Positions 1 to 9,849 of a DNA stretch of 20,000 nt are shown here, one piece after another (position 1 is the first letter of the stretch; the number at the start of each line of letters is the position of its first letter). The notes under the pieces were generated by a model that did no database searches, was not told the origin of the DNA, and saw only the letters and a program-made list of their open reading frames with translations. The DNA is from Welwitschia mirabilis (Eukaryota), in contig JBOZIK010000001.1 of the NCBI GenBank assembly GCA_051453625.1, forward strand, positions 19,239,404 through 19,259,403. The letters run 5' to 3'. A program made the translations under genes and the position numbers.

Positions 1-140
1 ACTATGACATTCCTAAAAAAATTATTTATTAATATAATTACAACCTTTGAAATTAGCCTTATTACTTTATTCCCACTTATCTTGATCTTATATAGCTTAA
101 TCTTTTGATCCTTTTCAAAATGAACTTTAATTATTTGTTT

Positions 141-145
141 GCTTC
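141..145. repeat. Target site duplication, left copy (GCTTC)
   Basis: Immediately precedes the LTR. Matches GCTCC at 14213-14217 with one C/T transition. A single copy (ACTCC, 16009-16013) is present in the uninterrupted paralog. Confidence 0.85.
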
Positions 146-1095
146 TGATGGGTGCTTATATAATGAAATAAGTGTAGAGAATTATCATTAAATAATATGA
201 AATAATCTAGAAAAATGCAGAAAATATATTGTTGTTAACATGAAATAAGCTCACACCATTAAATAAAAATAATGTAACCAAAGGCTTACTAAAGAACTAG
301 TTGAGATTCAAGCATTTAGCTCAAAATGCATCATAATGATAGTTCTATGATGAAGTTACTTAAACTAGTCAGGTTGATTTATTACTCCTAAGTTACTATG
401 TACATATATTATACTGGGGGGAATGAAGAAAGTAACAAAAAATGATAAAAATAAATGTATTGCTAGAAAATACTTATTTGTAAGTACTATTAATCCTGAT
501 TTATATTCAGCTACATAAACAAGAGCAAATAGAGATAATATTACTTTTTTAAGTAATAGCATATGCACACACTGATACTAAAATATGCTTTTCAGCTTTA
601 TATTAGAATATTAATCATTACATAAAGATGTGCTAAGGCCTGTGTTCTCGTTTGCGGGTAACACTTTGGAGTATGGAAAATGTTGTTATGCCTTTGCAAG
701 ATAGGTAGAGCTTCCTTTCTTAACCTTCTTGCTTAGTCTATTTGTAGAAAATTTTGCCAAAACGAACTCCACCTTTGATAGTAATCCTATTCTTATACCC
801 TTGTTTGTTTCTTTGTTTCCATTCTTTACTTCTTAGGAATAGGTTTATAGTTGGGGTTGTTACAGCTTTTCTGCCACCTCAACCTTCTCTTTCATCTTCA
901 TGCCACATGGCATCCTGTATCTAAAATGCAATAATAAATTATACATATTAACCTACTAACATACTAACTAACTAACCTATTGATTAGTAAGTATATAGAT
1001 AAAGAAAAACATCTATAGTTATCCAAAATGCATAATTAAGATAATGAAAACACTTTATTAATAAATAAGATTTACCTTCAAAGTTATCCTCATCA
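146..1095 (-). repeat. 3' LTR of Athila-like element 1 (950 bp)
   Basis: On + it starts TGATGGG at 146 and ends CCTCATCA at 1095. It aligns end to end with 13254-14212 and abuts the PPT. Minus-strand TATA (CTATAAA) at 844-850. Confidence 0.95.
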
Positions 1096-1135
1096 GTTCC
1101 CTCAAGCTCAAAGTTTTGTTAGTCCCTTAACCAAA
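1096..1135 (-). promoter_or_regulatory. Polypurine tract and Athila-type pre-LTR motif
   Basis: Minus strand reads TTGGTTAAGGGACTAACAAAACTTTGAGCTTGAGGGAAC|TGATGAGG and abuts the 3' LTR. It resembles the Athila TTGCT..GGAC.AGCAAAA...AAGCTTGGGG motif. Confidence 0.8.
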
Positions 1136-1210
1136 AAATATATACAAAAGAGAGAAAATAGAGAAACTCATTATATTTGTCTTTCCCTTTAAAAATAAAA
1201 GGATGCTCCT

Positions 1211-1343
1211 CACTAGATTCAGATTTCACCTCTTTCTAGCTAATTAGGTAGACAATTTTTCCTTTTTTAGGGCAGTCGCACTAGATTTTAGTTCCAATTT
1301 CTTAGCCAATTGGGCAAATTATTTTTCCTTTTGTAAGGTAGCT
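1211..1343. repeat. Two-copy ~66-bp degenerate tandem duplication at the end of the env-like ORF
   Basis: CACTAGATTCAGATTTCACC...TTTTTCCTTTTTTAGGGCAGT (from 1211) versus CACTAGATTTAGTTCCAA...TTTTTCCTTTTGTAAGGTAGC (from 1279). Confidence 0.65.
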
Positions 1344-2421
1344 AAAATTATTCTTTGTTCCTTCTAAAGAGTAGGATCATTCAGATATATGGTCTCTATT
1401 TCTATCTTCTCTGAAACTGTCTTTCTACCTTGTCCTCTGCCTCATGAAAAAGATTTTGGTTGTTTTGATTCTCCTCTTTTTATTTTGGGAGCTGAAGGGA
1501 CTTTTTCTTGGGGACTTTAGGGTGCATTTTCTAACTCTGGAGTTGCCCCAACTTGTAATCCCAGTTTTGAAGTTTACTCAAGGGGAACTATATACATTTT
1601 AGAAGAGTCTTTATTCTTTAATTTCAAAAAAAATACCCATGAAAGTGCCTATTAGCGTAGTCATGTTTTATACAATCCTATCCTTAAAAGAACATAAATA
1701 CTAAAAATCCTAAGAGAACACAGCAAAAACTTTAATATCAGATTTACACTACTCTAATATCCTGCAAAATCTAGTTGCAATATCATTCAAAAAATTCTTA
1801 AACTCTCTTATGAGAGATTCATCTTCTCTCTGCATAATCTCAATCCTCAATGCTTTAATGTCTTTTTTATAATTGTCAAAAATGTGTCTTAGCTTTGACC
1901 ATCCCCCAAAATTTTTCTAAATAATACTTTCCATATGTTCTTTAAATCTATTAATAAAAGTGTTTAACTTCTAAAGATAGTAGTCAAGGTTGCGTGGCAT
2001 AGCTAATTCTTTGTGCCTGAACTCAATTTTTTTACCCAACTTCACTTCCATAAGATGAAGCTTATGGAGTAATTTCATATTTTATTTTTCCAAATTTTGA
2101 ATAATGAGTTGTATATACTTAGGGCTTATTATTCTAATATCCTTGTTTAACTCAACATGAGATTCTTTCAGAGTATTAATAATACTTAGCTTTATTTTAT
2201 CTTCCATCTCATTAGTTAGAGTTAAAAAAGTTGAGGGGATGTTGTAGATTGAATTTATTGCTCTTCTGATTTCCTCCTTTATTTCTAATGAAGATTGTTT
2301 TATTGATGAATCATGTGAAGATTGACCAGAAGAGCTTGCGTCTTCCATTTGATTCTTGATAGACTTATTTTATTCCATTATCTGAGTTATGGATCTCTTA
2401 TTTTTTCCCAAAATAAACTAA

Positions 2422-3046
2422 NNNNNNNNNNNNNNNNNNNNNNNNNNNNNNNNNNNNNNNNNNNNNNNNNNNNNNNNNNNNNNNNNNNNNNNNNNNNNNN
2501 NNNNNNNNNNNNNNNNNNNNNNNNNNNNNNNNNNNNNNNNNNNNNNNNNNNNNNNNNNNNNNNNNNNNNNNNNNNNNNNNNNNNNNNNNNNNNNNNNNNN
2601 NNNNNNNNNNNNNNNNNNNNNNNNNNNNNNNNNNNNNNNNNNNNNNNNNNNNNNNNNNNNNNNNNNNNNNNNNNNNNNNNNNNNNNNNNNNNNNNNNNNN
2701 NNNNNNNNNNNNNNNNNNNNNNNNNNNNNNNNNNNNNNNNNNNNNNNNNNNNNNNNNNNNNNNNNNNNNNNNNNNNNNNNNNNNNNNNNNNNNNNNNNNN
2801 NNNNNNNNNNNNNNNNNNNNNNNNNNNNNNNNNNNNNNNNNNNNNNNNNNNNNNNNNNNNNNNNNNNNNNNNNNNNNNNNNNNNNNNNNNNNNNNNNNNN
2901 NNNNNNNNNNNNNNNNNNNNNNNNNNNNNNNNNNNNNNNNNNNNNNNNNNNNNNNNNNNNNNNNNNNNNNNNNNNNNNNNNNNNNNNNNNNNNNNNNNNN
3001 NNNNNNNNNNNNNNNNNNNNNNNNNNNNNNNNNNNNNNNNNNNNNN
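2422..3046. other. Assembly gap (625 N) with duplicated flanks
   Basis: Run of N; 2373-2421 and 3047-3095 are 48/49 identical. Confidence 0.97.
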
Positions 3047-4879
3047 TTCCATTATCTGATTTATGGATCTCTTATTTTTTCCCAAAATAAACTAATAGTA
3101 TCCTAGAGGATGTTGGGCTTTAAGCTATTTATGTCTATATTCTTTGACCTCTGCATGGATCTTCATGAATTTTTCATTCATCCCCTATAGCTGTACATAG
3201 ATTTTATCTAAATATTGCCTATTCAGGGTAGAGGCCCTTTATTATGCATAAACATAATAATTTCTATTAGTGTTATATGTATTCAGCATCATCCTTCTTG
3301 CTTGAAACCAAATTCTGCAATAAGGATACTAATATGTCTGATCTTTCTCTTAGAAGATTTTCTAATTCTTCTCTATCTTTGATGACCATCTATAGTTTAA
3401 CAATGCATTCGTAAGCTTTCTATAATTTCCTACTCATATCTTTGAAAGATTCAAAGAGCTAAATATTTTCTTCTTTGCTTTTTTTAATTGAACCTCTATC
3501 TCAAAAATTCATTTTCAACTTTTAAATCACTAATTTGATTCTGCAATATTGTGACTTATTCCTTTCTGCTTAGACAAGTTTGAATTTCTTCTTTAACTAA
3601 GTTGAAAGCACTATAGAGGCTATCCATCTTATCTTCCTCTAATTCTTTGAAGAATTGGCTAGACTGAAGTAAATGGAAAAGAAGAAGTTCTTCAAATGTA
3701 AACTGGGTCAAGTCTTGTGATATGCTTGAGGACGAAAGCAATGAAGGCAAACTTTGGAGGGCAAAAAAGGATTCCTCTGAATCCAGTTGAGTGGTCTTGT
3801 GCCCTAGAGTTCTTAGGAGACTTAATTCCTTAACTCCAAAGATACTTTGAATAGTTACTTCGACACAAGACTTATTTGGTTAAAATGAGATTTTATTTTT
3901 ACTTAATATTTGGGAAATTAAAGAGGAAAATCCTAGCCCTACTATGCCCGAAGCTCTGATTTCAACTTATTTAATTTTCTAATATGCCTTGCCAGACCTA
4001 AAAATATTCCTTCTATAATATTTAAATTGGTATGATTTGTCTTGTCTTGCACTGTTACTATTATGCATAGGCCAAGTAATGTGATACCTTTTTGTTTGTG
4101 AAGAATAGGTACCAAATTACTGGCCATAATTCTTGAAATGGTAAAAAAAAATTGGTTCTGTGTTTCTATGCATTAATATTCTTCCTTGTACTACCATCCT
4201 TTCCAATGAACTCATGTTTAAATTCATGTCTTCCTTTCTGTTGGCATCGTCAATGGATTTTTCACTGTGTAGTAGATGTAACATTTCTCTTATTTCTTCT
4301 TGATTTATTACTATTCTATGATTTTCCATGGTTGTTTCCAATACATTTTTGGCATCATTTGTTCTTAAATTCTTATAAATTCTTATATGGATTCTAAGTA
4401 AAATTAATTACTTAAAGTAAACCATTCATACCACCCTAACTCGATAATCCATTGTTTGAACTCTATAAAGTAGGGGTCTGAAAGAACTTGTACAAAATTT
4501 AATAAAGAAATGACCTTGCATTCTGTCAAATTTTTTTTAGTGTTGGAGTTAAGTATGGAAAACATGTATAGAAGAGGAAATTTTGCAATAAACAACCTTT
4601 TGAAACTAGCTTACTAAGTAAAACTTTTCTTTCTAGAAATATAAAATGTCATTTACACAGATGTAAAAGTATTGCATATATTTAAATTGAATTCATTTAA
4701 CTCTTTCTTCATGTGAAGTTCAGCATGCTCCTGAATGCTTAAATTGAAGTATTAACAATACCTAAGATTTCTACTCAAAGAATTTCTGCCATTACTCAAG
4801 AGCTTAAAGATAAGAAAGTACCTAAGCATGACAAGGCAAAATACAGGATTGAAAGTAGAAATTACTGACTTGTTTCCTA

Positions 4880-4889
4880 CTTAAATAGG
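4880..4889 (-). promoter_or_regulatory. Candidate TATA-variant box for the env-like ORF
   Basis: Minus strand CCTATTTAAG, ~90 nt upstream of the candidate ATG at 4792. Confidence 0.4.
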
Positions 4890-5477
4890 CAAAAACTTAT
4901 ACTTACTATTGTGTTTAATTAGAACTTATAAGGAGTAAATGATAAATTTCACCAGAAAGAAAATAGATGCAACTGGAACTTTTTGTACTTTATTAATGCT
5001 GGAAAAATTTGAATTACATGTTAGTAAGGTGTAAATCCAAAACATTTTCTAAGTTGGAACTAACATCGTGGATGCTGATGTGGTAGAAAACGTGGAACTA
5101 ACATTGCGATGGGGGTTATTGAGAATGAAGAGGAATATTCAAGAATGAGTTTAAGTGGAATGTTGGAGAAATGTAAAGACATATTTAAGTGATGGTCACT
5201 CTCTGCAATACCATGTTCGACGAGGGTCATTAAGAACTCTCAAGTTCTTGATAAGAATCATCGAATTCATTATGGAGCTAACTAAAAGAGTTTAGAGGTG
5301 GTCATCAAAGAACTTTTAAGTTTTCAAAAGGGTCCTTCAAATTCTAACCACTATCATTATAAGAGTAAGTAATAATGAAAAAGTGAAGTTACATAACTAA
5401 TTCATAGTGAAAAGTTGAAGGAGGTCATCAAGAACAAGACCTTTGTCTTTCAGCAGTAAGTTTTAAAAGGTAAAGTT

Positions 5478-5880
5478 AACTTGAAATCTAGTTTAAATCT
5501 TTCACTTTGGGCTAGTGTTAGTCCACTTCTAGAACTTACATGTTGATGGATCAACTTGAAATCTTATTTGAAGTTCTGACTTTAGGTCGATGTCAGTTGA
5601 TCAAATGATTTTTCTTTCTTACTTGTAGGGTAAAGGAGTAATCGGGTTGGCTTGAAATCCAACTTAAAGTTTCAACTTTGAGTTAGTATCAATTAATCAT
5701 GTGATTTTATTTAATTACAGGTTTTCAAAGCATAAGGAAAAGAATGAGTTGGCTTAAGATCTGACTTAAAGTTTTAACTTTAAGTTGGTGTTAGCTAAAA
5801 GATTTAAGTTCTCATCATAATGGTCTGATTTAAACTCTGACTTAAAGTTTTAATTTTGGGTTGGTGTCAATCAACCAAGT
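5478..5880. repeat. Array of five ~45-bp degenerate direct repeats with 75-102 bp spacing, plus a partial sixth copy at ~6135-6170
   Basis: Units start at 5478, 5553, 5649, 5751 and 5827, e.g. GGCTTGAAATCCAACTTAAAGTTTCAACTTTGAGTTAGTATCAA and GGCTTAAGATCTGACTTAAAGTTTTAACTTTAAGTTGGTGTTAG. Confidence 0.85.
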
Positions 5881-6356
5881 AATCTTTTGATTTCAAGGCC
5901 TATTCTATGATGAAATTTTTATTAGATAAAAAACACTGATAACTGCCCTTTCTTATTCTTACTTGAAACAAAATAAAAGAGAATCTTTTCTGAGTGGTTA
6001 GATATAGTTTAAAAGTCTTCTTTTGATTAAAAGTATTTACAGGGTTTGTGGTAATTACCTGGTACTGTAGTTTATGATGACAAGATTTGGTGGGTTCCTG
6101 TAATGGCATGTAGTTTAGGAAATCTAAACTAATCATAAATCAATCTGAAGTTCTAATTTTAGGTTGAATCATGGTTAGTTTAAGATTCCTTGATTCTATA
6201 CTTGCTTTAAGATTTCATGCTGAAACTTGGCATACTTCAACTGTGAGTTAAAGAGGTATATTGCTTTTACTCAATCCTTTACTTTAAGATTAAACATGTG
6301 TGAACTAATTAACTTAATATGAATTACACTTATTAAGCATGATTGTAAGACTTATG

Positions 6357-6364
6357 CTATAAAT
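6357..6364 (+). promoter_or_regulatory. Candidate TATA box for the antisense ORF
   Basis: CTATAAAT ~105 nt upstream of ATG 6468, followed by a pyrimidine-rich, 5'-UTR-like stretch. Confidence 0.5.
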
Positions 6365-6467
6365 CTCATTCCTTACATGCTAATCATCCATCACTCTTTA
6401 CCTAAGCTTAAGAATTCCTTTACTTAACCATCTTTTACTCTTTCTCATCTTTTTTTTATCAATCCTC

Positions 6468-7138
6468 ATGGCTTGTACTCCTTATTCTTCTCCTGTTGCT
6501 TCCTCTAGCATTATGAAGGTGAAGTGTTGCTTGTTCAACTTGGCCTTTATACAAATAAATATGTGCATTAGCAGTGTAGATCCCCAATCACCTCAAGTTT
6601 CTATTAGTCTAAAAATGTAGCATTACAATATTCGCACTGCGATTACAAATCAACTATTGATGTCTTAGCCACCTTAGATTCCTTCATCATTAAGACTGAT
6701 AAAGATCATTTTGGAAGCAGTGTCATTCCCCTGAGTTTTGGTCCTATGATCCATCACTTGGTGAACAAGTATCTAAGGGTGAGAATTGAATAACTACATC
6801 AGTAACTCAATTATAGGGATTTGGCTTATGACATTTCTTTGGGCTAACTAGCTAGGTAGATGCAAGTTCTTGAGAAAAGGGTTAATCAGCTTCAAGACAT
6901 AAACCCCGTCCTTAGTCTTGCTACATTGAGTTTTAATAAGAAAAATATAGAGAAGACACTATGGGATGCTAAACCTTATTAAAAATTTTGGTAAGCCTAC
7001 TTAGAGGAAATTAATATTTTATTGGAATCTTTAAATGAGATGCATCTATTACCCTTAAGTAAAACTTCCCTAAGGTTGACATCTAAGACTCAACGTTCTC
7101 ATAGGAGGAACAAGTTTTTTGGCTACTTTAAGAAATAA
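6468..7138 (+). pseudogene. Antisense accessory ORF (~220 aa, unknown function) inside the element's 3' internal region
   Basis: ATG at 6468 (MACTPYSSPVASSS) with one frameshift near 6510. A single frame then runs to TAA 7136-7138: HYEGEVLLVQLGLY...CDYKSTIDVLATLD...FGPMIHHLVNKYLRVRIE*LHQ*LN...RRNKFFGYFKK*. All 8 internal stops are TAA/TAG. Upstream TATA, downstream AATAAA, and motif similarity to the flanking ORFs. Confidence 0.7.
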
Positions 7139-7139
7139 G

Positions 7140-7440
7140 TTACTTGAGTTGGTGATTTATTTACTTAGTAATTTGAGAAGTGTTTTCGTTGTTATTCTAC
7201 AACTGGATGTAATAAAGTATTTTGCTTAATAAAATTTTTAGTTTTTATTTCAAATAAAGTTATCCTATACTATTTTATTTTATTATGGGCATGTCAATTC
7301 CATTAAAGGAAGTTCAAACCAAATAATTTATTAAATTTTTAAGATAATATGAAATGATTCTAAAACTTTTAAGCTTTCCCTTAGCTCAAATAGAATTTAA
7401 TGATTATGCATGTTATTGAACTAAAAATTTTTGGATACAC
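7140..7440. terminator. AT-rich convergent 3' region with poly(A) signals on both strands
   Basis: AATAAA on + at ~7211, 7228 and 7252, and several TTTATT (minus-strand AATAAA). It lies between the stop of the antisense ORF and the end of the pol extension. Confidence 0.35.
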
Positions 7441-7446
7441 ATTTCA

Positions 7447-8028
7447 TCATAGACTAGAATATTTTTTCTTCTTCTAGTTTCTTTTCTCTCTTGATCTCTC
7501 TCTTTTTCATAAGTTATGAGAGAGTTATAGTTTTGGTAACTAGATATGTCTTAAGTAACTTCTTAGACACAATTGTTCCTCAACTTTTTATTTTTCATAA
7601 CTTAAATTAACCACAATGAGAAGAGTACAACCACCATCAGAAGAGTAAGGACCCACAGTGTATATATATATATATATATATTCATATCATGGTTAACTGA
7701 CCCCTCAATGGAGTTCTTACAGTTACCATATTGCACTGTCAAAAGCCCCTCTCAATAATATTTGCCCTGTGGCACTTTCCATAAAACATTATAGTACTTT
7801 CTCACTTCTTTTTTCCTCTCCATACCATAGACGGTATTCTATTCTGTGATGGAATGTATCTCCTCAATCTTCTTAAAAATATAATGCATAATTCCCTCTT
7901 GGAGACTTACCAAGTTAGCTTCTTACTTTATAATCATTACATTTACTCCCAACAATCTAGTAAATTGGTAGATTAAATAAGCTTTAAAGAAATAACATGT
8001 CCTTTATTATCTAATTTTGGAATTTATT
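7447..8028 (-). pseudogene. Possible ~190-codon C-terminal extension, or extra sense ORF, after integrase; unknown function
   Basis: Protein-like translation continues past the 8029 stop, with some frameshifts: FHHRIEYRLWYGEEKRSEKVL*CFMESATGQILLRGAFDSAIW...GPYSSDGGCTLLIVVNLSYEK...KRERSREKRN*KKKKYSSL**. The stops can be read as deaminated Gln/Arg codons. Confidence 0.4.
7661..7681. repeat. (TA)n microsatellite
   Basis: About 10 TA units. Confidence 0.9.
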
Positions 8029-9400
8029 TTATAGATAAAGTGGAATTATTCTTTCCACTCTATCAAGGTTCCCTAGAAGATTTGGCACCAATTTATGATC
8101 ATAGTACATTCTTGCTCTTTGCTCATTAACTTGGTAGGTTACCTTTTCATCAGTATCATATATTTCTATGGCTTTATTTCCTAGAATTTTTGTTATGGTA
8201 TAGGGTTCTAGCCAGTTTTGTTCATATTTTTGTTTGGTATAGATTTTCTTTGTCATATATTAATACATAATCTTCTACATTAAAATTTGTTATCCTAATT
8301 TTGTTATTATAATATATTTTAATTTTATGTTATATAAGTTTTTTTACATAGAAGAGCTTTTTTTCTATTTTTATCTAAAACATTGTTGTTTTCTATCCAT
8401 TCTTTTTAAGCTATATCTAAGTCACATTTTAATTTTTTGGCTAATTTAAATTTTTTAATACTAAATTCAATTACTAAATTAGACATTTTTTCATAGACTA
8501 ATTCATATGGAGTAAATCCTATGGTATGCTTGCAAGTTATTCTATAAGCCCATGGAGCTTCATTTAATTTATTAGCCCAATTGATTTTCTTACTATTTAT
8601 GACTTTTTTTAAAATTCTATTTAGTTCTCTATTAGTTACTTCAACTTGGTCATTGGATTGAAGGTAATAGATAGTAGAGAGTTTGTGAGAGATTTCGAAC
8701 TTGGTTAAAAGTTTCTCAAAAACTTCATAAGTGAAACGAGACCCTTTATCAAATATAGGACTTCAACGGGCTCCAAACCCATAGGTAATATTTTTAAGGA
8801 AAAATTTAATTATGGTTTGGGAAGAATAAGTAGTTACAACATTAACTTCAACCCATTTAGTGAAGTAATCAAAACAAACCAAAATATATCTTTTTCTAAA
8901 GGATGAGGTACTGATAGGTGCAATAAAATCTATTTTCCAAACATCAAAGGTTTAATTATCTAAATCTAATGTTGTGGCATTTCTAACTTTTGGCTAAAAG
9001 TGCCTTCTATTCAACATTTATCACAACCTTGGATATAAGCATTTGAATCCTTGAATATGGTGAGCCAGTAGTATCCTATTTAGAAAATTTTGATTCCTGT
9101 TCTTTTTGCACTGTGAGTCTTCCTTCTTTTCCTTCATGAGCTTTCTTTAAGATTTCATTTTGTAAGTTTCCTTCTATACATCTTCTGATAACATGATATT
9201 TTCATTCTCTAAATAACATTTTATCATATTAAATTTAATCTCTAAATTTTCTTAACAATCTTTTTCTTCATAGTAAGTCATAAGAGATGGTAATCTTTTT
9301 CTCACAAGAAAGCTGGATATATCAGCATACCATGGATTTGTTATTACCTAAAAAAGATGTTCATCTGAAAATTCATTCCTTATGTTAATCTATTCTTCAT
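8029..9400 (-). pseudogene. pol: Integrase domain of pol (HHCC, DDE core, C-terminal GPY/SH3-like region; decayed)
   Basis: PWYADISSFL; GYYWLTIFKD...CDKC; FDVWKIDFI; DYFTKWVEV; DKGSRFT; QVEVTNREL; ORF 8029-8256 NWLEPYTITKILGNKAIEI...YQVNEQRARMY. Confidence 0.92.
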
Positions 9401-9409
9401 CCGAAAATT

Positions 9410-9810
9410 CTAACCTTAATAAGTGATCTGCTATCACATTCTCTGTCCCTTTCCTATTAATAATTTTTTAATCAAACTCTTGTATTAATATTATTCATCT
9501 CATAATTCTCAGGTTTGCTTCTTTCTTATTCATTAGAAATCTAATGGTACTATGGTCAGTATGAAGCTTTACTTTGTAACCTAAAATATAATGTCTAAAT
9601 TTTTCTAATGCTATTATCACTGTCAACAACTCTTTCTCTATTACTGTATAATTTTGTTGAGTTAGTTTAAAGTTTTTACTAATATAAGAAATGGCATAAG
9701 ATTTATTGTCTTCATCTTTTTGACCCAAGAATACTCCCATAACATGACTAGATGTATTAGTCATAATGTGGAATGGTCTTTCCCATATTGGCCCTTGCAA
9801 AATAGGTACT
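9410..9810 (-). pseudogene. pol: RNase H domain of pol (decayed)
   Basis: ORF 9495-9800 contains PFHIMTNTS..MGVFLGQ, AISYISK, NYTVIEKELL, ALEKFRHYILG and HTDHS, followed by GTENVIADHLLRLE. Confidence 0.93.
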
Positions 9811-9849
9811 GATAAAAGTTTATTTTTTAAGGTTTGGTAAGCATTTTGA

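Larger units (their letters stand above)
1200..4792 (-). pseudogene. Long env-like accessory ORF (plant 'putative transposon protein'/Athila env-like N-terminal domain plus long coiled-coil/charged C-terminus), decayed
   Basis: LGWYEWFTLSN*FYLESI*EF[Y]KNL...LETTMENHRIVINQEEIREMLHL (4439-~4275); RIMASNLVP; GLGFSSLISQIL. These match the GW..F...EFY.NL / NL.P / L.F..LI..I pattern of plant env-like ORFs. Track ORFs 4404-4595, 4117-4341, 3942-4127, 3556-3750 and 2082-2348 are fragments of it, and protein-like sequence continues to ~1220. Confidence 0.75.

Noticed and set aside
365-568. ORFs within LTRs (365-568, 13822-14052, 17108-17314)
   Set aside because: Short and motif-free; for element 1 they are not preserved as ORFs in the partner LTR.
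2322-3085. ORFs 2322-3059 (+) and 2387-3085 (-)
   Set aside because: They are long only because they run through the N gap.
5478-5880. CRISPR-like repeat-spacer appearance
   Set aside because: The repeats are degenerate, spacer lengths vary widely, spacers 2 and 3 resemble each other, there are no cas genes, and the context is a plant retrotransposon.
5900-6136. 78-aa minus-strand ORF in the intergenic repeat region
   Set aside because: No motif and no continuity with neighbouring coding segments.
7700-7900. Chromodomain at the integrase C-terminus
   Set aside because: No Y(L/F)VKW.G-type motif, and the pol motifs indicate a non-chromovirus lineage.
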